Positions 50,573-58,011 of a DNA stretch of 64,000 bases are shown here, in pieces. Made by a program: the position numbers and the translations under genes. The DNA lies in the NCBI RefSeq assembly GCF_050920415.1, contig NZ_CP169309.1; one strand, written 5' to 3'. Source of the DNA: Escherichia coli (lineage in GTDB: Bacteria > Pseudomonadota > Gammaproteobacteria > Enterobacterales > Enterobacteriaceae). Below the pieces are notes generated by a model. The model searched no databases and was not told where the DNA came from. It was given only the letters and a program-made list of their open reading frames with translations. Position 1 is the first letter of the stretch; each line of letters opens with the position of its first letter.

Positions 50573-50873
50573 TTTGTTCTCCTTAATTATGTAAGGAGTA
50601 TTTGATCATGTATAAGCAATAAAAAACAGCTTTAGGTAATGAGGAATATCTCAATTTTCAAACATAAAATGCGAATTGTCTAGTACAAAAAAGCAGCGTT
50701 ACGTGATCTTTCCCTGCCTGCCTGTACGATATCCCTCAAAAATAATTTTCCAGTCAGTTATTCATGTCTAACTTAAAATCATAAAACATTTAAATTAATA
50801 ATAAACAAATTCAACCTAGTCGCATTATTATTTTAATAACACAGCATCGATTTCATAAAAAACTGCACAATGG

Positions 50874-51284
50874 TCATCCAGTCCATTTGCAATCAGTACC
50901 ATCATCATTATATGCCTCAATATTTTCTTCAAACTCAGTTGTTTTCCCACTTATTGATTTATAATGAAACAAATTAAATCTTGCACCTTGTGTGGAAACA
51001 ACATACAACCCATTAATTTTTCCATTTACAACCTCGCTCCATGCATAAGAAAATTCAGAAGGCCTGTCATCGAAAGTCACTTCTAATTTATTTATAAACG
51101 CAAGAGGTATAAATTTTGAGGATTTCTCATAAATCACATAACCTAAAAAAATATCGCCAGACGATATTTCAACAAACTTTAAATTTGTTTTCCCAGCGCT
51201 AAAACAGCCTACCGTTGTTTGTTGTTTAGCCAATAAACAACAAGGCACCAAACAAAACAGTAAAACCAATAAGTTAACTTTCAT
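50874..51284 (-). CDS. Candidate immunity protein (136 aa, cleavable signal peptide) for the upstream GH19-like effector
   Basis: MKVNLLVLLFCLVPCCLLA...; 5 bp downstream of effector stop; small secreted protein. Confidence 0.55.
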   Translation of the reverse strand: MKVNLLVLLFCLVPCCLLAKQQTTVGCFSAGKTNLKFVEISSGDIFLGYVIYEKSSKFIPLAFINKLEVTFDDRPSEFSYAWSEVVNGKINGLYVVSTQGARFNLFHYKSISGKTTEFEENIEAYNDDGTDCKWTG

Positions 51285-51289
51285 ATCAA

Positions 51290-53779
51290 TTACTCCAGTT
51301 CAGTTATTCGTCTCTCTACAAATGTGGATATATTCCTTTTTTCTATTCCATATACTTTTCTATCACCCTCACGCCCTTCCTGAGGAAACGGATGCAGGTC
51401 AATTAATTCTTTCGCCCTTCTATAACCTTTTAATGCTTCTTCGTTACTCTTGATCGTCCCTCTTCGGGAGCTATCAGGATCATGCCATATCCCCCATCCC
51501 AAAGCATATACTTTATTATCATATACGTCACTATCATCAAACAAGAAATCGTCGTTCATTGCTTTCTGATTTAAATGCTCGGCAGCAAGTGAGGTAACCA
51601 ATTTATTAAATATCGACAACCGTTCATCATAATGATTATACCCTCCATTAATCACTGCTGTAATTTTATTAAAATCATCATTTTTAGCATCTTCATTTAT
51701 TCTTTTGAATATATTGAAATACCAAAACGCAGATAATACGCAATGTGGGGAGGATATAAGTTTATCTCTTGCGGAATCTGAAGATGTTACGTCCTCATTG
51801 ATATATTCCCCATAGGCGGTGTAATTACTTTCCCCTGTAACTTGTATTAAGCCTCGGCCATACCACGGACTATATGAAGCTGATTCACCATTAATTTCTT
51901 TGGTATATCTAAAATAACCGCTCTCGTGAATAATTTGAGCAAGAAAATGGGCTTTTTCTCTACAAGTGGTCATACCAAACCGAATAAACCCTGCATTTAT
52001 ATCGTAGAGGTACCTTTTGAGAAGACCTTCACTTACTGCAGGAGCAACTTTTTTTAATTCATCTAATGTTATATCTCTGTTGCAAGCACACACAGATTTG
52101 GAATTAATAGCGTCCAAAAACACAACCGGATGAAAATGCCACACAGCATCATCACTATTAAACGGAGATACCCCGCTCATCCACTCCAGATCCAGCTGCC
52201 ACTTCTCACAGTATGCCACTTCCTCTGTGTCCAGATCTTTATAAAATCCTTCCCACCGCCCTGTCGAGCGCCCTCCGTACCATTCGCTGTGGTGTTTAAC
52301 TATCAGATGATTCACCACATTTCTCACCAGTGGTTCACGCACGGTCAGCGCCTGTCTGATCTCTTCCTCCGTCACTTTTCCATCACCGTCCTGATCCATA
52401 CCCGCCATCAGCTCACGATAAAAGGGCGGTACCTGCTCATACAGCCACTCATCTCCCTGTTCTGCGGCACGGCTTATTGAGTCAAACGCTTCCGGCACCC
52501 ATCCTTCGTACGGGCTGTACGTCATGTCACCGCTGCTGTTCTCCTCCAGCGGTTGAAAACCCAGCTTCAGTAAATCATACTGTCCGGCCTCTTCAACATC
52601 CTTTTGTGGCAGCCAGCCGGTTCCGGTGATATTAAACCACCACTGCTGCGATTCATCCGTGATCGGTGTCGTGGCTTCCCGCGGAAGAACGCGCTGAGCA
52701 CCCAGTGTGGCTGCGGTTGCGGTAAATACCTCCTGTCCCGGAACGGCCTGCCGGGTGTATAAAATTATCCCTTTTGGTGCCAGAACAGTCCGTTTTTCTC
52801 CCTTAACGCCTGCCGGGTTGGATAAGAACTTTGGCATATTCGGGTCTGTACTCAGAACCTCCAGATGGACGAACCACTCGCGCTCAATCTCACCGCTTCC
52901 CTCGCCAGGATAATCCTCGCATCCCATAAATCCGACCGGTGTTCCGGCACTGACTTTCCACTCTTCCGTTTCGTCGACCGTCTGTACCGAGTCAAAAATG
53001 CCTTTTGCCTTCGCCTTCTGCATCCACTCAGGCATCAGCATCTGTATTTCGCCATCTGACTCCATCAGATCCGGATCCAGGGTCACCCAGTACTGCTCAT
53101 TCCCCGGTTTATTGCCTTCCAGCAGGCGAACCAGTCCGAATGTCGTCAGGACCGGCTGGCCGTTATTGGTCACGTAAAAACGTCCGGTCCGGGATGACAC
53201 AAACCGATCTCCCGCATTAAGTGTCCTGTTTCCGCTGATTTTCGGGGGTATCCAGTACGTGGCATGATCTCCGCTTTCCTGCCCCTCGGGAAGGCCGTTC
53301 TTTCCCGGGATGTATCGGTGCAGCAATATGCCACCATGCCCGGTTTTAACTTTATAGCAGGGGGAGCCGGGATAATCGTTCACCGGGGCCAGATGCATAT
53401 AGAGACAGTAAAATTCCAGCCAGCTTTCTTTTTTTTGCGGGTCTGGCTGGCACTGCGATTTCACCAGAACAAATGTGCTGCTGTAACGGAGTTGCTGCCC
53501 TTTGTAGGTGCCTTTCAGGTAATCATTATTTATCCGGTACGCCGCAATGGTGCCATCGGCCATAAACTGAAGAGGAACCGGTTCTCCGGTAGCGGCGGTA
53601 TCCGGTTTCAGGGCTGATAACGGATTAGACACGTCACTGATATGTATCCCGCCGTGCCACAGCCCGTTTCCACCCAGCAGCCAGGTTCCGTGCGCTTCTT
53701 TGTCAATAAGCCGCATTATCTCATCCAGCGAGCGAAACTCTTTGCCTTCTTTATCCCTGATGGGATGGCTGATTTTCAT
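51290..53779 (-). CDS. VgrG-linked candidate T6SS effector, 829 aa: N-terminal domain of unknown function, central EF-hand-like Ca-binding loop, C-terminal GH19/lysozyme-like peptidoglycan hydrolase domain
   Basis: 9 bp downstream of vgrG stop; DQDGDGKVTEEE loop; C-terminal ...AHFLAQIIHESGYFRYTKE...YGRGLIQVTGESNYTAYG...LSAFWYFN... resembling the GH19 / COG3179 signature. Confidence 0.7.
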   Translation of the reverse strand: MKISHPIRDKEGKEFRSLDEIMRLIDKEAHGTWLLGGNGLWHGGIHISDVSNPLSALKPDTAATGEPVPLQFMADGTIAAYRINNDYLKGTYKGQQLRYSSTFVLVKSQCQPDPQKKESWLEFYCLYMHLAPVNDYPGSPCYKVKTGHGGILLHRYIPGKNGLPEGQESGDHATYWIPPKISGNRTLNAGDRFVSSRTGRFYVTNNGQPVLTTFGLVRLLEGNKPGNEQYWVTLDPDLMESDGEIQMLMPEWMQKAKAKGIFDSVQTVDETEEWKVSAGTPVGFMGCEDYPGEGSGEIEREWFVHLEVLSTDPNMPKFLSNPAGVKGEKRTVLAPKGIILYTRQAVPGQEVFTATAATLGAQRVLPREATTPITDESQQWWFNITGTGWLPQKDVEEAGQYDLLKLGFQPLEENSSGDMTYSPYEGWVPEAFDSISRAAEQGDEWLYEQVPPFYRELMAGMDQDGDGKVTEEEIRQALTVREPLVRNVVNHLIVKHHSEWYGGRSTGRWEGFYKDLDTEEVAYCEKWQLDLEWMSGVSPFNSDDAVWHFHPVVFLDAINSKSVCACNRDITLDELKKVAPAVSEGLLKRYLYDINAGFIRFGMTTCREKAHFLAQIIHESGYFRYTKEINGESASYSPWYGRGLIQVTGESNYTAYGEYINEDVTSSDSARDKLISSPHCVLSAFWYFNIFKRINEDAKNDDFNKITAVINGGYNHYDERLSIFNKLVTSLAAEHLNQKAMNDDFLFDDSDVYDNKVYALGWGIWHDPDSSRRGTIKSNEEALKGYRRAKELIDLHPFPQEGREGDRKVYGIEKRNISTFVERRITELE

Positions 53780-53788
53780 GTTCAGTCC

Positions 53789-55990
53789 TTATCGTGAGAA
53801 TCTTCCCGGCCGTTGTGGCGGTACCTTATCCTGCTGGGGAGGATCAAAGGCTTCCTGTACATTTTTCCGTGGTGGCTCCGCCCCTTCAGTTCCAGGTCCG
53901 CCATTGTCATAATCTGCCAGCGCTTTCAAAACCGCCGGTCGTAGTGTCGGCACCGGCGTTCCCGGACTACCGCCGCTATTGAGATTGATTTTCGGCCCGA
54001 CGATGTCCACGCCCCCTGAATGGATGACCACAAACGAACCACCCACCTTCAGGGTGATTTTACCGCCACTCTCCAGTACGATTTCATCCCGGACCTTCAT
54101 TCCCAGCGCACCGGTAATCTTCCTCGCCAGGTCGCCCTTCACCTCCAGACTGTGCGTTCCCTCCACCAGACTGATATGGTTCCCCGTCGTCTTATGCTCC
54201 TGCTTCCCTTCCACCGTCACTTTACGGTCGTTTCTGACATACAGGCCGTCATCGTGACTCACGCTCACCGTCCGGTCATTCGTCACCTTCAGCGTCTGGT
54301 CATTACGTACCGTTATGCGCCGGTCGTTCGCCACCGTGATACTCTGGTCGTGGCCCCCTTCTTTTCTGGTGCCGACCTCAACCGTCTGCCCCTTCACCAC
54401 CCTTATCTTCTGGTCGTTACCGATGGTCTCCGTATGGTCATGCTTCACGTCCGTCGTCCGGTCGTTAAGCACCTCCGTGTCCATGTTCTTCTGCGCGTGG
54501 ATATACACCTGCTCACTGTCCGTCGCATCCTCGAAACGCAGTTCATTAAAGCCGCTTCCTTTATAGGTCTTCGAGCGGATGGTCATCTGCGTCCGCGTGC
54601 CCGGTAAATCCCCCGGTGAACGGTTATCTTCATGGTAGGTCCGCCCCGTCACAATGGGCTGGTCCGGGTCGCCGTTCAGAAAGTCCACTATCACTTCCTG
54701 ACCCACACGCGGTATCGCCAGATTGCCGAACCCCGGTCCCGCCCATGCCTGCGACACCCGTATCCAGCATGAACTCTCCTCCGTCATCCCGTGATAACGG
54801 TCCCAGTGAAACTTCACCCGTACCCGGCCATGCTCGTCGCAGAATATCTCCTCGCCCTTCGGCCCGGTCACGATGGCACTCTGCGGGCCGTCCACCTTCG
54901 GCTTCGGCAGGGGCTGTGAGCGCCAGGTCCGGTCTGCCGGGATGACCGTGATATGGTTACTCAGTGTCGTTCCCCTCCCCTGGCTCCCGTGCAGCGCCTG
55001 CGGCTGGCTCCCCGTCAGCGTGCTGCTCACCACCTGCCACTCACGGTTCGGGTTCGCTCCCTGTACCGGATGCCCCGTCAGGGTGAACCGCCGTCCCGGC
55101 CACAGCGCCGGGGAGTTACTGATACCTGTGGCGGTTTCAGCACTGTTACGCAGCCCTTCCAGCCGGTAGCGGGTAAAGTCCTGACCATGCTGCTCGTCCT
55201 TGTAGCGCCCCGGCCAGTCCAGGATTTTGTACTGCTTCAGTTGCTCGTTGAGGTTTTCAGCATCCTCAATGTAAATACCCGGCCAGTCCGGCACCTTAAA
55301 CGTGTGGTCTTTTGAACGCACCTGCGAGGGCCGCACCTGCGCCTGGTAGCGGAACAGGCTGATGCACGCCGTCGTCACCTCACGGGTGTTCGGGTTAAAC
55401 GGTATCTCCCCGTACACCGGCAGGCCCGCCACATCATCGCACAGCGTGAGCGTCTGCTCCGGGCTGTCGTCAGCGTATCTGTCATAAAAGAAGATGCCTT
55501 CCTCCGCCCACAGCCGGGTCAGAAACGCCAGGTCGCTTTCACCGTACTGGACGCAGAACTCCCGTGCCGGGTGGCTCTCATAAAAGCGCGGCGTCCACTG
55601 CGTCACTCCGTCCTCGTTTAACAGCGTGGCGGAGATGGCCTGAATGTCCTGCTGCTGGAAGATTCGGTAGTTCTGCCGCAGCCCGCTGCGCCACAGGGGC
55701 GGGCGTATCTGAAGGTGGTACTGCATCTGCCAGCCGTTGTGCTCCTTCATGCCTAACCCCGACACCACACCGCTCACATAACGCAGCGCCGTGCCACCCT
55801 GCCAGATGGTCAGCACGGCCCCCTTCTCCAGCAGCTTCTCCGCCGTCTGGCGGAACGAGTCGCTGGCAACGTCCACATCCAGGACGAACGGCGATGAGTA
55901 TGCCTGCGTGAGGCGGAAATCCACCACCGCGAACGTCTCCGGCACCAGTCCGTCCACCGTCAGCGTAAAACGCAGCCCTTTTAATGACAT
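53789..55990 (-). CDS. vgrG: T6SS spike protein VgrG (copy B), 733 aa
   Basis: MSLKGLRFTLTVDGL...; gp27/gp5-like regions (...GQEVIVDFLNGDPDQPIVTGRTYH...) and C-terminal beta-helix repeats (VKHDHTETIG...ITVANDRRITVRNDQTLKVTNDRTVSV...). Confidence 0.9.
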   Translation of the reverse strand: MSLKGLRFTLTVDGLVPETFAVVDFRLTQAYSSPFVLDVDVASDSFRQTAEKLLEKGAVLTIWQGGTALRYVSGVVSGLGMKEHNGWQMQYHLQIRPPLWRSGLRQNYRIFQQQDIQAISATLLNEDGVTQWTPRFYESHPAREFCVQYGESDLAFLTRLWAEEGIFFYDRYADDSPEQTLTLCDDVAGLPVYGEIPFNPNTREVTTACISLFRYQAQVRPSQVRSKDHTFKVPDWPGIYIEDAENLNEQLKQYKILDWPGRYKDEQHGQDFTRYRLEGLRNSAETATGISNSPALWPGRRFTLTGHPVQGANPNREWQVVSSTLTGSQPQALHGSQGRGTTLSNHITVIPADRTWRSQPLPKPKVDGPQSAIVTGPKGEEIFCDEHGRVRVKFHWDRYHGMTEESSCWIRVSQAWAGPGFGNLAIPRVGQEVIVDFLNGDPDQPIVTGRTYHEDNRSPGDLPGTRTQMTIRSKTYKGSGFNELRFEDATDSEQVYIHAQKNMDTEVLNDRTTDVKHDHTETIGNDQKIRVVKGQTVEVGTRKEGGHDQSITVANDRRITVRNDQTLKVTNDRTVSVSHDDGLYVRNDRKVTVEGKQEHKTTGNHISLVEGTHSLEVKGDLARKITGALGMKVRDEIVLESGGKITLKVGGSFVVIHSGGVDIVGPKINLNSGGSPGTPVPTLRPAVLKALADYDNGGPGTEGAEPPRKNVQEAFDPPQQDKVPPQRPGRFSR
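54085..54930. repeat. About 0.85-kb block near-identical to 58422-59267 (internal vgrG segment shared by both paralogs, offset 4337 bp)
   Basis: Antisense ORFs 54020-54607 and 54616-54945 are letter-identical to parts of 58204-58944 and 58953-59534; VgrG proteins identical over about 270 residues. Confidence 0.85.
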
Positions 55991-56145
55991 GATGACCTCC
56001 CTGGTATTGCTACAGGAAAAAGTAATTAACCGATATTGACCGTACCTTCTGATATTCTCTCACTGATTCATTATCTGTATTTCCCATGAACATTCTCATT
56101 TCAACAGGAAAACCAACGAATTGTAGCCATGACAATAAGTTAACA

Positions 56146-57075
56146 TTAATAATTCCTCAACGAATAAGGAGGAGATGCCCTGTCCCCATCAATAGTAACC
56201 ACGACCTGATTTGATCTTATTTTGAATATATTATCATTACCGCCATGATAGCCAAATCGTGCTAAAAAATCCTGAAATAGACCAGGTCCTCTATAAGGTC
56301 CACAGATTCTCCAAACCCGCCACTCCTCTATGCCATACGTTATTTTATCTATAGGATTAGTACACTCTCTTTCTGCCCGCCAGTTCATAATAGAAAGAAA
56401 ATACTCATATATATATTGTTCTGCAAACCACTCTTGATTAACTATTGTAAATTCTACCGTCCCTATATTATAACGATGAATGCCCGGTAAAAAGGCATAA
56501 TAATCGTTCAATGTGACATCAAAGGATAGCTCTTTCCCTGGTAATATCTCGCGCCAAACAGATTTACTTTTCCATTCACCAAAGCTACATTTTGTTTTTT
56601 TTAAAAAATCCAACTGAATGTTATCCATTATCGGTATAAACACACCACTACACAAGGAAGAGTAAGGCCCGCCGTTAACGTCAAGAGGAAGAGTTAGTCG
56701 ATGAACAAAATAAGATCCCTGGCTTTTATTCGATAAAACCACTGCAGCTGCTACAATATTTTCTTTCTGATGCACGGAAAGATGAAGATATATTTTATTT
56801 TTATCCTGATTATACTGACTCTCATTTTTACTGATAGTATAATATTGAAAAACAGCATAGGCTGAAAGATCATCATAATAATCATAATAATTAAGCCTTG
56901 TCGGTTCTACACGAGGATAGACACCAAGTTTTTCCATTACTCCATTCCAATGTAACTTCCCATATCTGTAATGAACCGCATAATCGCCAGAGATATCATA
57001 AGCAAATATTGGATGCACCCAAGAAAAAAAAGCAATAAAAACAATCCATCTAGCAAGCATATACTCCCCCGTCAA
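56146..57075 (-). CDS. Candidate immunity protein (309 aa, N-terminal signal peptide) for the upstream HExxH effector
   Basis: MLARWIVFIAFFSWVHPIFAYD... signal peptide; 9 bp downstream of the metallopeptidase-like gene; Trp/Tyr-rich. Confidence 0.5.
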   Translation of the reverse strand: MTGEYMLARWIVFIAFFSWVHPIFAYDISGDYAVHYRYGKLHWNGVMEKLGVYPRVEPTRLNYYDYYDDLSAYAVFQYYTISKNESQYNQDKNKIYLHLSVHQKENIVAAAVVLSNKSQGSYFVHRLTLPLDVNGGPYSSLCSGVFIPIMDNIQLDFLKKTKCSFGEWKSKSVWREILPGKELSFDVTLNDYYAFLPGIHRYNIGTVEFTIVNQEWFAEQYIYEYFLSIMNWRAERECTNPIDKITYGIEEWRVWRICGPYRGPGLFQDFLARFGYHGGNDNIFKIRSNQVVVTIDGDRASPPYSLRNY

Positions 57076-57084
57076 ATAAAAGCA

Positions 57085-57930
57085 TCAATATGGTACAGGA
57101 ATCTCGAAATAACGTTCGATATTATATGCATTCTGAAACAGTTCTGATTTTTTATCATTTTTTAATTTAGTGGCATGAGCAATATATTCGTCACCTGTAC
57201 TATACTCTATATCTACCGGCATATCTTCCGTCCACATGCCTCCAAACTTAAGTGAATCCCCGTACCTTATAAAGTGAGATAGTTCATGGCAGAGTGTCGA
57301 TGCCTTAGAGTTTTCCCCAGTGAATGGCCTATCTATAAATCTTTGTCCTATAGTTATACTTACCAAACTTTTAAAGCTTCCAGATTTTACACCCAAAATC
57401 TGATCGTAAGTTACATTGGCAGCATAAGCGTCATTATCTGTACAATTCACAAAGTTACCAATTTTGGGCCTGATTACGTCTTTGTCAACATATTCATTAC
57501 CCCCTTTGTCATTAAGAACAAGATTACAATTGGCATCACGTTTGAGGAAATGGTCATGAACGGTAACGTCTACACAATCACCTTCCACAGATAATTCCCC
57601 ACATATCTCATACAGGCGAGTAACGCCATTTCTCATATAATCCCTTGCCTTTATATTCTCTGTAAACAGAGTATTACGCCCCCCGAAAGGGAACTTTAAT
57701 TTAATATAAGTATTTCCATCAATGCCAAATATATTTATAAATTCCTGATTTTGTTCCGCCCCCCATTTATCACCAAGATCTTCTACTCTTTTTTTCAATA
57801 CAGCCATCTGCGCCTTCAGAGCCTCTCTCATCATTATTTTAAAATCATTAGTAATTTTCCCCTCCTTTAAAACTACACACTGTTCACCACTCTGGCTTTT
57901 TCCGCTCGTACTACCCTTTTCATCTCCCAT
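57085..57930 (-). CDS. VgrG-linked candidate effector, 281 aa, with HExxH zinc-metallopeptidase motif (TLCHELSHF)
   Basis: Follows vgrG copy A by 81 bp; HELSH motif in C-terminal third; no signal peptide. Confidence 0.6.
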   Translation of the reverse strand: MGDEKGSTSGKSQSGEQCVVLKEGKITNDFKIMMREALKAQMAVLKKRVEDLGDKWGAEQNQEFINIFGIDGNTYIKLKFPFGGRNTLFTENIKARDYMRNGVTRLYEICGELSVEGDCVDVTVHDHFLKRDANCNLVLNDKGGNEYVDKDVIRPKIGNFVNCTDNDAYAANVTYDQILGVKSGSFKSLVSITIGQRFIDRPFTGENSKASTLCHELSHFIRYGDSLKFGGMWTEDMPVDIEYSTGDEYIAHATKLKNDKKSELFQNAYNIERYFEIPVPY

Positions 57931-58011
57931 ATAAATCCTCCTTGGTATATATTTTCACTACAAACCCTGTTCCATTTATGCAAAAACACGCCAATTACAG
58001 GCGGTCACTCT

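Noticed and set aside
52700-53779. M23/LytM-like peptidase assignment for the N-terminal domain of the 829-aa effector
   Set aside because: WHGGIHISD and LYMHLA loosely recall M23 motifs, but the canonical HxxxD and HxH spacing is not present. Left as domain of unknown function.
54020-55911. Multiple Pro/Arg/Ser-rich ORFs antisense to vgrG-B (and identical ones antisense to vgrG-A, 58204-59967)
   Set aside because: Antisense to a conserved VgrG coding sequence; composition-driven artefacts. Their identity between the two loci was used only as evidence of the shared vgrG block.
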